Below are positions 9,189 through 18,347 of a stretch of 56,871 bases of DNA, in pieces. The stretch comes from an uncultured Gammaproteobacteria bacterium (GTDB lineage Bacteria > Patescibacteriota > Patescibacteriia > Magasanikbacterales > UBA922), in NCBI GenBank assembly GCA_964435035.1, contig CAYSXR010000005.1, forward strand, positions 10,564 through 67,434, read 5' to 3'. The position numbers were made by a program, and so were the translations under genes. A model generated the notes under the pieces. It saw only the letters and a program-made list of their open reading frames with translations. It did not search any database and was not told where the DNA came from. The stretch's first letter is position 1. The number at the start of each line of letters is the position of its first letter.

Positions 9189-10307
9189 ATGCGATATCGA
9201 AGTACTGTATTCCATGTGTTGTATCGCTCGATCCTTAAACCAATTTTTTTTGCACAAGATCCTGAAGCAATACATGATCGAATGGTTGCTATAGGTTCCA
9301 GGTTGGGGAGAAATACATTCACTAGAAAGCTAACTCAGATTTGTTTTAATTATACGAACCCTTCGCTTGGACAGAGTAAGTGGGGTATTTATTTTTGTAA
9401 TCCAGTGGGATTGGCTGCAGGATTTGATAAAGAGGGAAAACTATGCACGATAACAGGTGATGTAGGGTTTGGATTTACTGAAGTGGGGACCGTAACGTAT
9501 AGTGCTTATGAGGGTAATCCAAAGCCTCGACTATATCGTCTACCGCATTCACAGGGGCTCGTAGTCTATTATGGACTCAAAAATAGTGGAGCAGAAAATA
9601 TTGTGGCCCATCTGAGAACAGAGAAAAAAACGGTTCCCCGGGTAATATCAATAGGTAAAACAAATTGTAGTAGAACAGCGGATGAAGAAAGTGGTATTGA
9701 TGATTATAGAAAATGTGTGCAGGTATTTCGAGATCACAATGAGGGTGATATATATGAACTGAATATTTCGTGTCCCAATACATTTGGAGGTGAACCGTTC
9801 ACCACGCGGGATAGGTTGCAAAAACTACTTGAAGCATTGAATGTGGAGAAAATAGACAAGCCAATAATTCTAAAAATGCCTATCAATTTGCCATGGGAAG
9901 AATTTCGCGCACTGTTGGATGTGGCGTTATACTTTGGTGTGCAGGCAGTGAATATTGGTAATCTCAATAAAGATAGATCTGATGCCTCAATCAAAGAACA
10001 AATTCCCGAGAATATTCGAGGATCCATTAGTGGGAAGCCTACCTGGGAGCTCTCAAATGAGCTTATTTCAAAGACATATGCATATTGTGGTAACAAGATG
10101 GTAATTATTGGTACAGGGGGTATTTTTTCTGCCGAGGATGCATATGAGAAGATTAAGCGGGGAGCATCTTTGGTACAATTGATTACAGGGATGATTTATG
10201 AGGGCCCTCAGCTTATTGGTACAATCAATTATGAACTTGCACGTTTCCTCAAGCGTGATGGGTATAAGACAATTGCTGAAGCCGTAGGTGCTTATCACCG
10301 AACATGA
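9189..10307 (+). CDS. pyrD: dihydroorotate dehydrogenase, class 2 (quinone-dependent type)
   Basis: N-terminal membrane-association extension; NPVGLAAGFDKEGK, ELNISCPNT, IIGTGGIFSAEDAYEKIKRGASLVQL. Confidence 0.88.
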   Translation: MRYRSTVFHVLYRSILKPIFFAQDPEAIHDRMVAIGSRLGRNTFTRKLTQICFNYTNPSLGQSKWGIYFCNPVGLAAGFDKEGKLCTITGDVGFGFTEVGTVTYSAYEGNPKPRLYRLPHSQGLVVYYGLKNSGAENIVAHLRTEKKTVPRVISIGKTNCSRTADEESGIDDYRKCVQVFRDHNEGDIYELNISCPNTFGGEPFTTRDRLQKLLEALNVEKIDKPIILKMPINLPWEEFRALLDVALYFGVQAVNIGNLNKDRSDASIKEQIPENIRGSISGKPTWELSNELISKTYAYCGNKMVIIGTGGIFSAEDAYEKIKRGASLVQLITGMIYEGPQLIGTINYELARFLKRDGYKTIAEAVGAYHRT

Positions 10308-10336
10308 TTGACAATACGACCTATTTTAGCTAAACT
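10308..10336 (+). promoter_or_regulatory. sigma70-type promoter for tRNA-Thr
   Basis: TTGACA 10308-10313, 17-nt spacer, TAAACT 10331-10336. It lies about 50 nt upstream of the tRNA. Confidence 0.6.
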
Positions 10337-10388
10337 TATGGCTGCTTATAGAGTTGTATTTGCATTATCTTTTGACTTTTTTGCATAG

Positions 10389-10464
10389 GCCGATGTAGCT
10401 CAGCTGGTAGAGCGGCAGTATCGTAAACTGTAGGTCTCGGGTTCGATCCCCGACATCGGCTCCA
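10389..10464 (+). tRNA. tRNA-Thr (anticodon CGT), CCA encoded
   Basis: Acceptor GCCGATG/CATCGGC; D-arm GCTC-AGCTGGTA-GAGC; anticodon loop ATCGTAA; T-arm TCGGG-TTCGATC-CCCGA; 3-prime TCCA. Confidence 0.92.
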
Positions 10465-10500
10465 TACATAAAATAACCCATTTTGGGTTATTTTATGTAT
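10464..10500 (+). terminator. hairpin terminator after tRNA-Thr
   Basis: 16-bp perfect stem ATACATAAAATAACCC / GGGTTATTTTATGTAT. Confidence 0.7.
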
Positions 10501-10602
10501 GCGGTTTATACGGGTTTAATTTCTTCATGGATGAACTTATTGATTAATAGTATCATATTGTGATAAATTTAGGTGAATAATATACCTAGTATGGATAATA
10601 GT

Positions 10603-11472
10603 ATGAAAAAAGTCTTAGTAATTGGAGGAGGAAAAATTGGAAGTGCAATTGGAAAGATAGTCCAGAGTGGAGGAAAGCAAGTAGAGTGGTGGGATATTGA
10701 TCCTACAAAATGTACGGGAGAAGGAACACTGGAAGAACAGGTGATAGAGGCTGATGTAATATTTCTCTGTATTCATTCATGGGTAATACGAGAAACTCTG
10801 GTGAGAATCAAATCACACTTGAAACCTGAAACAGTGATTATTTCAGTTGCAAAAGGTTTTGAAAAAAATACCATGAAAACCGCGGATCAAATTGTGAAAG
10901 ACGTAGTACCACTGCAGCCGTTTGCCTTTTTTGGCGGACCTATGGTTGCTCCAGAAATTGATGCAGGGAAATACGCATTTGGAGCGGTAGCAAGTGAGTC
11001 ATCCGAGACATACACTCGTATTGTGGCACTGTTTCAGGGTAGTCGTATCCTATTGAACTATAGCGACGATGTACATGGTACCGTCCTTGCAGGTGTTTTG
11101 AAAAATGTGTATGCCATGGGGTTGGGGATGCTTGATGAACAGGGGATGGGGAGTAATGCTAGGGGTTGGTATGCAACCAAAGTAATTGAAGAAATGGGTA
11201 GAGAAATTGAAGCTTTGGGTGGAAAGAAGGAAACTACGTATACACTCGCGGGCATGGGAGATTTTATTGCAACAGGCATGAGTGAAGATTCGAGACATCG
11301 AGGAGAAGGTCGCCGTATTGCTGCAGGAGCAAAGCCGAGTGAGTGCGAAGGAGTGGTTTCAACTCCAATTGTCGTGGAATTGTTGGGTGACGTGAGTTCG
11401 TATCCACTACTCCATACGATTCATCATATTTTGCAAGGAAAACATGAACTATTAAGTGAGATTGTAAAGTAA
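10603..11472 (+). CDS. gpsA: NAD(P)H-dependent glycerol-3-phosphate dehydrogenase-like protein
   Basis: Rossmann motif VIGGGKIGSAIG; central GPMVAPEI; C-terminal LKNVYAMGLGM...LAGMGDFIATG. The start could also be 10591 or 10573. Confidence 0.8.
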   Translation: MKKVLVIGGGKIGSAIGKIVQSGGKQVEWWDIDPTKCTGEGTLEEQVIEADVIFLCIHSWVIRETLVRIKSHLKPETVIISVAKGFEKNTMKTADQIVKDVVPLQPFAFFGGPMVAPEIDAGKYAFGAVASESSETYTRIVALFQGSRILLNYSDDVHGTVLAGVLKNVYAMGLGMLDEQGMGSNARGWYATKVIEEMGREIEALGGKKETTYTLAGMGDFIATGMSEDSRHRGEGRRIAAGAKPSECEGVVSTPIVVELLGDVSSYPLLHTIHHILQGKHELLSEIVK

Positions 11473-11606
11473 ATAATAACTTAAAAAACTGTCTAAATAA
11501 GGCAGTTTTTTTGATTTGTGACATATGTACGTTCTTTTTATTGTGTGTGTATATTGTATCGCTATATTCCGATATGCTATACTATATTTTACTTGTATCA
11601 TTTTTT

Positions 11607-12287
11607 ATGATTACGCTCAAAAACGTAAGCAAACATTATTCCCGCGACAGCATCGGTTTACATGAAGTAAGTCTTCATATTGAACCAGGTGAATTTGTAT
11701 CAATCGTAGGACAGAGTGGAACGGGAAAAACAACACTAGTAAAAATGCTAATTGCCGAAGAGCGTCCGACTGCAGGATTTATTGAAATTGGGGGGTGGGA
11801 TATTACTAAAATTTCTCTTCATGATATTCCATTACTTCGCCGTCAGATTGGAGTTATTTTTCAGGATTTTAAATTATTACCAAAACGAACAGTTTTAGAA
11901 AACGTTTCATTTGCACTTGAAGTAGCAGGAGAAAAAAGAAAGCGAATTAAGCAGATTGTTCCACGTGTATTGGAAATTGTAGGACTGGCACATAAGGTGG
12001 ATCGTTATCCACATCAGCTTTCAGGTGGGGAACAGCAGCGTGTAGCAATTGCACGTTCACTCGTACACCGACCAAAAATTTTGGTAGCAGATGAACCTAC
12101 AGGAAATCTTGATTCCATCAATACGCAGGAAATTATTGAAATTTTGAAAAAAATAAATGAATTTGGAACCACGATCATGCTCGTAACCCACAATCGTGAA
12201 ATCGTAAATCAGTTGAAGAGAAGGGTAGTCGTACTCCACGACGGTCGCGTGGTATCTGATGAACGGGAAGGAAGATATCGCATCTAA
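11607..12287 (+). CDS. ftsE: cell division ATP-binding protein FtsE
   Basis: Walker [10 protein letters not shown], signature [14 protein letters not shown], Walker [16 protein letters not shown] 11607 ([11 protein letters not shown]) is preferred over the track start. Confidence 0.92.
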   Translation: MITLKNVSKHYSRDSIGLHEVSLHIEPGEFVSIVGQSGTGKTTLVKMLIAEERPTAGFIEIGGWDITKISLHDIPLLRRQIGVIFQDFKLLPKRTVLENVSFALEVAGEKRKRIKQIVPRVLEIVGLAHKVDRYPHQLSGGEQQRVAIARSLVHRPKILVADEPTGNLDSINTQEIIEILKKINEFGTTIMLVTHNREIVNQLKRRVVVLHDGRVVSDEREGRYRI

Positions 12288-12328
12288 TTTTATTTGAACT
12301 TTGAAATTTGGATTTTGAACTTATTTTT

Positions 12329-13234
12329 ATGTCTCTTGGTCGCATTATCAAATTTTCATTTCAAGACATGGTGAGAAACATGAGCTTGTCATTCATGACC
12401 GTACTCATTTTGATTCTCATGTTACTCTCGATTAATACACTGATTATCGTCCGTGTACTTACTGATCAATCGATTCAATCAGTAAAAGATCAGATTGATG
12501 TGAGCATCTATTTTGACCCGACAGCAACTGATGAAAATATTGCAGAAGTGCGAGCATTTGTTTCTTCTCTCCCCGAAGTTACCGATGAGCGGTATTTGAC
12601 CAAAGAAGAAGTACTCGAAGAATTCAAAAAAACCTATTCTGGTAATACTGAAATTATCGAGTCCCTCGATGAACTAGGAGGAAATCCACTCGGTTCGACA
12701 CTCATCGTAAAAACGAGAGAACCAAAGGACTATCAGAAAATTATCAAAGCACTTTCGGTTCCCGAATACGAGAGTATTATTGAAGCAAAGACATTTGGAG
12801 ACACGGAAACTGCAATTGATCGAATCCAGACAATTACGGTGCAAGTAGAACGCTTTACGTATGCGTTAACCGCGCTATTTGCCATTATCGCATTTGTAAT
12901 TATTTTCAATACCATTCGTGTAGCTATCTATACACAACGCACCGAGATTGGAATCAAGCGATTGGTGGGTGCAACCAACTGGTTTATTAGTGGACCGTAT
13001 CTCGTGGAGTCATTTATTTTTACCGTCATAAGTGTCCTTATTACCAGTGTTATTGCATGGTTCACTCTCCAGTTCCTCGACCCCTATGTAAGTGTGATTT
13101 TTGAGTCAGAGGCAATCTTGACAAATTACTTCACGTCACATATACTCTTCCTGATTGGAATTCAATTCGGAGCAGTATTTCTTCTCACGCTCTTCTCGAG
13201 CATGCTTGCCATGAGACGGTATCTGCGGACGTAA
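12329..13234 (+). CDS. ftsX: cell division permease-like protein FtsX
   Basis: Follows ftsE. TM1, a periplasmic loop, then three TM helices with RTEIGIKRLVGATNWFI, which is typical of FtsX. Confidence 0.9.
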   Translation: MSLGRIIKFSFQDMVRNMSLSFMTVLILILMLLSINTLIIVRVLTDQSIQSVKDQIDVSIYFDPTATDENIAEVRAFVSSLPEVTDERYLTKEEVLEEFKKTYSGNTEIIESLDELGGNPLGSTLIVKTREPKDYQKIIKALSVPEYESIIEAKTFGDTETAIDRIQTITVQVERFTYALTALFAIIAFVIIFNTIRVAIYTQRTEIGIKRLVGATNWFISGPYLVESFIFTVISVLITSVIAWFTLQFLDPYVSVIFESEAILTNYFTSHILFLIGIQFGAVFLLTLFSSMLAMRRYLRT

Positions 13235-13254
13235 AAACGACAAACTTCGCCTCA

Positions 13255-13320
13255 CGTCATTCCCGCGAAAGCGGGAATCTGATATTAGAATTTAAGATCC
13301 CCGTTTTCACGGGGATGACG
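13255..13320. repeat. REP-like double hairpin element
   Basis: ATTCCCGC-GAAA-GCGGGAAT (13259-13278) and ATCCCCG-TTTTCA-CGGGGAT (13297-13316), bracketed by CGTCAT / ATGACG. Confidence 0.75.
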
Positions 13321-13329
13321 AATTTACAT

Positions 13330-13400
13330 TCGGGGATCGTCTAATGGTAGGACAGAGGCCTTTGAAGCCTTTTATCGGGGTTCGAATCCCTGTCCCCGAG
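13330..13400 (+). tRNA. tRNA-Gln (anticodon TTG)
   Basis: Acceptor TCGGGGA/TCCCCGA; anticodon stem GAGGC/GCCTT with loop CTTTGAA; T-arm CGGGG-TTCGAAT-CCCTG. Confidence 0.85.
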
Positions 13401-13402
13401 CT

Positions 13403-13440
13403 AATAAAATAATACGATCTATAGGTCGTATTATTTTATT
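13403..13440. terminator. AT-rich hairpin after tRNA-Gln (bidirectional)
   Basis: 15-bp stem AATAAAATAATACGA / TCGTATTATTTTATT. It sits between the tRNA (+) and the convergent small gene (-). Confidence 0.65.
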
Positions 13441-13451
13441 TCAGTTTTTAC

Positions 13452-13712
13452 CTATATTTTGCTCCCGCAGTGTTTACACTTTTTTGCTTCTTTCGGTATC
13501 CATTCAAGACACTGTGTACATTGCTTATTTTCTTTTTTGAAACTTCTGTTTTCAAGATATTTATCTGCTTTGTACATGCCTAGCTTGATAAGAATCAGGA
13601 CTAAGAGGACTATCCATACTGGCCACAAAATTTTTGCAAACCCCCAGAACCAGGGCCACACACCTGTTACTATTTCCCATAAACTCGGAGCTGGTAAAGG
13701 TTGGGTGTCCAT
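13452..13712 (-). CDS. small membrane protein with a C-terminal zinc ribbon
   Basis: 86 aa. Trp-rich TM segment (VWPWFWGFAKILWPVWIVLLVLILI), then CTQC...CKHC (two CxxC pairs). Confidence 0.6.
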   Translation of the reverse strand: MDTQPLPAPSLWEIVTGVWPWFWGFAKILWPVWIVLLVLILIKLGMYKADKYLENRSFKKENKQCTQCLEWIPKEAKKCKHCGSKI

Positions 13713-13930
13713 ATTGATAAGAGATGATTTTATGTATTAGTAAAGTAGTAGACGGCTTAGCCATCTCTACGTTTTTGCGGTTTTTTGACCATGCTCTAAA
13801 AGGAGTTTAGGTCTTCTTAAATTGTAACTAGATTGTATATTAAAGGTAAATAGAATTCAAGACTATTGTATTTGCATTATTTCTCGGTTTTAGCTAATGT
13901 AATGAGCATAAGGAATATATCTGAGTATCT

Positions 13931-16381
13931 ATGGAGACTATTGATGTTTCAAAAGAAAATTTTAAAGAGTTTAAAGATAAATTTGATAGTTGGAAAACTA
14001 TAGATTTGTCCGAATCGGATACTAGAAGTAAAGTTCTTGACCAAATTCTTATTAATATTTTAGGCTGGGACGAGAATGATATAAAAAGAGAGGAATATTC
14101 CGATAATGGAAAATATGATTATAAAGTAAGTACGGCAATTTTTCAATTTATTGTTGAGGCTAAGAGAAATTTTAAAGATTTAATACTTCCAGATACAGGA
14201 GGAAATAAATTTAAAATAAAAACCTTGATGAATAAAGGAAATACCAAAGTTATAGAACAAATTCGTCTATATCTTGTAGATCACGGATTGGCATATGGGG
14301 TAATTTCTAATGGCTATCAATTCGTGGTAGCTAAATTTGTAAATAATGACGGCACTGATTGGAAAAATAATGATTGTTACATATTTAGAAATTTAAATGA
14401 GATAGAAAATGATTTTATAACTTTTTTCAATCTTTTTTCTAAGGAGGCGGTATTAAAAAATGGAAGAATAAAGTTTTTTCAAGAAATACCAAAAGGTAAA
14501 ACAGTTTTAGAAATTAAAAATCCTTACAATAAGGATGAAGAAATTGTTAGAAATGAACTAAGTAGCATCCTTATTCAAATTGTTTCAGAAGTTTTCGAAA
14601 GTATATCCGACTTGGAGGATAACACTTTGTTAAAAGAATGTTATGTTGAGAACAAAGATGTAAAAAAGCAAAATTCTGAATTAGATATGTTGTTTCCTGA
14701 TAATCCTCCAAATTTTGACGATAAAATAGAAAGATTAAGAAACACAGCTAATACAAGGGATAAAATAAAAGAAAAAATTGTTAATGATTCTGTTTCTAAT
14801 CCAATCATTATTATTGGTAGTAAAGGTGCGGGAAAAACAACATTTATAAAATATTTTGTTGAGATAACTTTACAAGAAGATCGGAGATCAAAAAAAGTTC
14901 CTGTAATTTATCTCGATTTTAAGAATCATACTTATAGTCAAATAAAGAATACAGAAGCTATTTATAAAGATATTATTGATAAAGTAGAATCAAAATATCT
15001 GCAATACGACTTAACATCTATTGAAACACTAAAAAAAATTTATAATGCAGAGATTGAAAAAAACTTAAAGGGTATTTGGAATTTTTTAAAAGATAGCAAG
15101 GATGGTTTAGAACAAAAAATCTCTGAATTTTTGGAAATACAATTAAATGAAAAAATTAATCATCTTAAAAAGGTTTCTCAATATTTGTATACATACTACG
15201 GGGTTAGAATGTGCGTTGTGCTCGATAATGCAGATCAGTTAGATGATGATTCTCAAAAAGAGGTTTTTTTGTTATCACAAAGTATAAAAGATGCGATCAG
15301 AAGTTTAGTTATACTTTCATTACGCGAGGGTTATTACTTTCAGTGGAAGAATCACTCTCCGTTTGATGCCTATCCTTCTGTTGTTTATCATGTTACAGCT
15401 CCACCATATGGAGAAATTTTAAAAAAAAGAATTAAATATGTTCTTAAAAATTATAATTTTAATAAGATAAGAGCTAATTACAGAGGCAATATAAAAGTTA
15501 TATTAAAAGATGAACAAATTAAAAAGTTTTTTGAAACATTAGAAAATACATTTTTCAGTGAAATTAATAACGATGAGGTTTTAAAGTTTTTAGGCGAAAC
15601 TTCATATCCTAATATAAGATCTTTACTAGAAAAAGTTAGACTTTTTTTGCTTTCGGGTTATACAAAAATTTCAACTTACATAGCAATGGAGTTTGATAGA
15701 ATTCCAATTTGGGATTTTATTAAAACTATTTCCTTGGAATCAAGATACTACTATAAGAGTAGATTGAGCATTATTTTTAATTTATTCTACCCTGTGCAGG
15801 GAAATACTAATCATTTTACAAAGATTAGAATATTAAAATATCTTTATTATCGATTAACGATCGATAAAAATGAAAATTTTGAAGATTATAAAACAATCAG
15901 CAGCTTATTTTATAAGATTGGTTACGGTAGTGAGATATTAATAAAAGAGCTTAATGAACTTCTAAAGTATGGTCTCATTGAGACTCCTAACTCATCTTCT
16001 GATACAATAAATTTAAAAATTGATGAAAATTCAAAATTTAAAGTAACTTTATCTGGCAAGTATTATATCTGTAATTTATTATATCGTTCTATTTACATAG
16101 ATCTAGTTGCTCAAGATACTCCAATTTATGATGAAAATGCGTTAAATGAAATAGTGTCAAAATTCCCCATCTCTCAAAGAGATACAGGAAATAGAGATAT
16201 GAAAAACAGGGTAGAAGTAATTGAAAAATTTATTAACTATCTCGATAAGCAAGAAAAAATAGAACTTAATAATTTTAGCCAGGATGATGAGTTAAAAGCA
16301 ATTGATTTTTCAATTGTAGAATTAATAAAAAATAATGAGCGTTTTAACAAAGACATGGGGTTAATGAAAAGAAATATATAA
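13931..16381 (+). CDS. 816-aa fusion: N-terminal PD-(D/E)XK (HsdR_N/Mrr-like) nuclease domain, central P-loop NTPase, C-terminal helical domain
   Basis: SESDTRSKVLDQILINILGW, then D63 ... E76-A-K78 (nt 14117-14164). Walker A GSKGAGKTT (nt 14816-14842); Walker B CVVLDNAD (nt 15212-15235). The gene lies in a strongly AT-rich block. Confidence 0.75.
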   Translation: METIDVSKENFKEFKDKFDSWKTIDLSESDTRSKVLDQILINILGWDENDIKREEYSDNGKYDYKVSTAIFQFIVEAKRNFKDLILPDTGGNKFKIKTLMNKGNTKVIEQIRLYLVDHGLAYGVISNGYQFVVAKFVNNDGTDWKNNDCYIFRNLNEIENDFITFFNLFSKEAVLKNGRIKFFQEIPKGKTVLEIKNPYNKDEEIVRNELSSILIQIVSEVFESISDLEDNTLLKECYVENKDVKKQNSELDMLFPDNPPNFDDKIERLRNTANTRDKIKEKIVNDSVSNPIIIIGSKGAGKTTFIKYFVEITLQEDRRSKKVPVIYLDFKNHTYSQIKNTEAIYKDIIDKVESKYLQYDLTSIETLKKIYNAEIEKNLKGIWNFLKDSKDGLEQKISEFLEIQLNEKINHLKKVSQYLYTYYGVRMCVVLDNADQLDDDSQKEVFLLSQSIKDAIRSLVILSLREGYYFQWKNHSPFDAYPSVVYHVTAPPYGEILKKRIKYVLKNYNFNKIRANYRGNIKVILKDEQIKKFFETLENTFFSEINNDEVLKFLGETSYPNIRSLLEKVRLFLLSGYTKISTYIAMEFDRIPIWDFIKTISLESRYYYKSRLSIIFNLFYPVQGNTNHFTKIRILKYLYYRLTIDKNENFEDYKTISSLFYKIGYGSEILIKELNELLKYGLIETPNSSSDTINLKIDENSKFKVTLSGKYYICNLLYRSIYIDLVAQDTPIYDENALNEIVSKFPISQRDTGNRDMKNRVEVIEKFINYLDKQEKIELNNFSQDDELKAIDFSIVELIKNNERFNKDMGLMKRNI

Positions 16382-16444
16382 ATCGATTAATCAATTATTT
16401 CCCATTAAATATGTTCCGATCTCATCCCACAGCCGGAGCACATA

Positions 16445-16475
16445 AAAAATCCTGAGTGAGTGTCAGGATTTTTTA
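16445..16475 (+). terminator. intrinsic terminator after the 816-aa gene
   Basis: AAAAATCCTGA-GTGAGTG-TCAGGATTTTT followed by Ts. Confidence 0.8.
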
Positions 16476-16518
16476 TTTATACATTTCATGCTATACTTTC
16501 CCAATAAATTTCCACAGT

Positions 16519-17187
16519 ATGTGTTTCTCTCCAGAAGCGAGTTTTACCGCTGCAGCCCTTCTCTCTGTAGCAGGTGGTGCTGCGGTTATCAAAAATAAAC
16601 AAATCAAAAAAGCTCTACCTATTGCAATCATACCGCTTATTTTTGCAATCCAGCAAGCAATTGAAGGAATACTTTGGGTGAATATCCAAGGGAGTGGGGA
16701 ATACACGTTGCTATTTACGTATCTGTTTCTCTTCTTTGCACTCTTTTGGTGGCCTGCATATGTACCACTGAGCGTCTATCTGCTCGAAGACAATCCTCGA
16801 CGGAAGCAAATACTCATGTGGTTCATGGGGGCTGGAATTATGCTCGGTACTGCACTCTATGGAGCATTTATTATGAATCCGGCTCCAGCCACCGTTGTGA
16901 ATAGTTGTATCTACTATGACTATACGACCTCATTTGGTACGCTCGCAATTGTAGTATACGGACTCACGACTATTGTGGCTGGTCTTATATCAAGCAATCG
17001 AAATGTGAAATTTTTGTATTTTGTATTTTGGATATTGGCACTCGTTGCGTGGAAGCTCTATTTAGTCAATTTTACTTCAGTATGGTGTTTTTTTGCAGCA
17101 ATCGTAAGCGCGATTATTTGCTGGTTTGACTTTTCAGTAAAGCCAAATAAAATTTCCATGAAAAAAATGTTTTCCATAAAACACTAG
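16519..17187 (+). CDS. integral membrane protein, unknown function
   Basis: About 6 TM helices. ATG 16519 (MCFSPEASFTAAALLSV) is chosen because the track start at 16456 lies inside the upstream terminator. Confidence 0.65.
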   Translation: MCFSPEASFTAAALLSVAGGAAVIKNKQIKKALPIAIIPLIFAIQQAIEGILWVNIQGSGEYTLLFTYLFLFFALFWWPAYVPLSVYLLEDNPRRKQILMWFMGAGIMLGTALYGAFIMNPAPATVVNSCIYYDYTTSFGTLAIVVYGLTTIVAGLISSNRNVKFLYFVFWILALVAWKLYLVNFTSVWCFFAAIVSAIICWFDFSVKPNKISMKKMFSIKH

Positions 17188-17271
17188 AGCAGCATCAGAC
17201 GTAGTTCATATCCTTGATCTATACCTCAAGAACATGATACACTTCTCCTCATTACATACGCATTACCAACT

Positions 17272-18192
17272 ATGAATACTGAACTCAACTTGTTTATTGT
17301 CTTTGCGGTAATTATTATTGGATTTTTGGTTGCGGATCTGGGATTTTTCAATAGAAAGGCACACAAGATTTCGCTCAAGTCAGCGTTTCTTCAGTCCATG
17401 TTCTGGATCGGTATTTCATGTGCCTTTGCTGTACTTATCTGGTGGGCGGAGGGGGGAGATCAAGCGGCAGCGTTCATGAGTGCATATGTTACTGAGAAAA
17501 TGCTTTCAGTTGATAATTTATTTGTTATATTACTTATCTTTAGTTTTTTTAAGCTAGAAGAAAAATATTATCACAAAGTTCTTTTTTGGGGGATCATAGG
17601 AGCAATTGTATTCCGTGCAATTTTTATTGGAGTGGGGGCCTACATTATCAGTCAATTTCATTGGGTGCTTTATATTTTCGGGGCAATTTTACTGTACACA
17701 GGTGTCAAACTCTTTAGAGATAAGAAAGAAGAACATGCTGACTTCCATGAACATGCAATTTTGAAGTTCGCAAAGAAGATTTTTCGATTTAGTACCAATT
17801 ACCATGACGGCAAGTTCTTCCTTAAGGAAAATGGAAAGTGGCATGCCACAGTCCTTTTCATGATCGTGCTTTTGGTAGAAGGTACGGACATTATATTTGC
17901 AGTTGACTCTATTCCCGCAGCATTCTCGATCTCTCAAGATCCGTTTATTGTCTTTACCTCAAATATATTCGCGGTTATGGGGCTTCGTGCACTATTCTTC
18001 CTTATTGAGGGTGTAGTTCACAAATTCCATTATTTACAGAAAGGTCTTTCATTTATACTTGTTTTTATCGGATTAAAGATGCTTGCAGGTATATTTCATA
18101 TTCATCTTTCATCACTTATGTCATTTGGAATTATCATGTCAGCTCTTGGAGTATCACTTCTCTTGTCAGTAGTATTTCCGAAAAAGATTTAG
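17272..18192 (+). CDS. TerC family integral membrane protein
   Basis: YVTEKMLSVDNLFVILLIF and LVEGTDIIFAVDSIPAAFSISQDPFIVFTSNIFAVMGLRALFF are the duplicated TerC motifs. Confidence 0.9.
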   Translation: MNTELNLFIVFAVIIIGFLVADLGFFNRKAHKISLKSAFLQSMFWIGISCAFAVLIWWAEGGDQAAAFMSAYVTEKMLSVDNLFVILLIFSFFKLEEKYYHKVLFWGIIGAIVFRAIFIGVGAYIISQFHWVLYIFGAILLYTGVKLFRDKKEEHADFHEHAILKFAKKIFRFSTNYHDGKFFLKENGKWHATVLFMIVLLVEGTDIIFAVDSIPAAFSISQDPFIVFTSNIFAVMGLRALFFLIEGVVHKFHYLQKGLSFILVFIGLKMLAGIFHIHLSSLMSFGIIMSALGVSLLLSVVFPKKI

Positions 18193-18347
18193 AAGTGTTT
18201 TTTTGGTTGATCACACATGGTAAGAGTTCAGGGATGGATTCGGAAAATTTAAAAAATAATCCTAACCAGGGTTATTTTTTAGTAACATAGCTGTACATAT
18301 ATTTGGTATAGGTGTAGGGTAAATAAAGAGGAGTATAACCTATACAT

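Noticed and set aside
9112-9294. 60-aa ORF overlapping tRNA-Gly and the pyrD start. Likewise 39505..39720 (-), which overlaps a terminator and tRNA-Asn exon 2.
   Set aside because: They overlap well-supported RNA genes and terminators and have no independent support.
13330-16475. A tRNA-Gln-targeted integrative element (integrase plus att direct repeats).
   Set aside because: No integrase or recombinase gene is present, and I found no copy of the tRNA 3-prime end downstream of the AT-rich block. I call it only a compositional island.
17188-17271. A yybP-ykoY (manganese) riboswitch upstream of the TerC family gene.
   Set aside because: - The spacer is only 84 nt.
- It holds a plausible promoter (TTGATC-N18-TACACT).
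- It lacks the conserved GGGGAGUAG / four-way junction sequences of that riboswitch.
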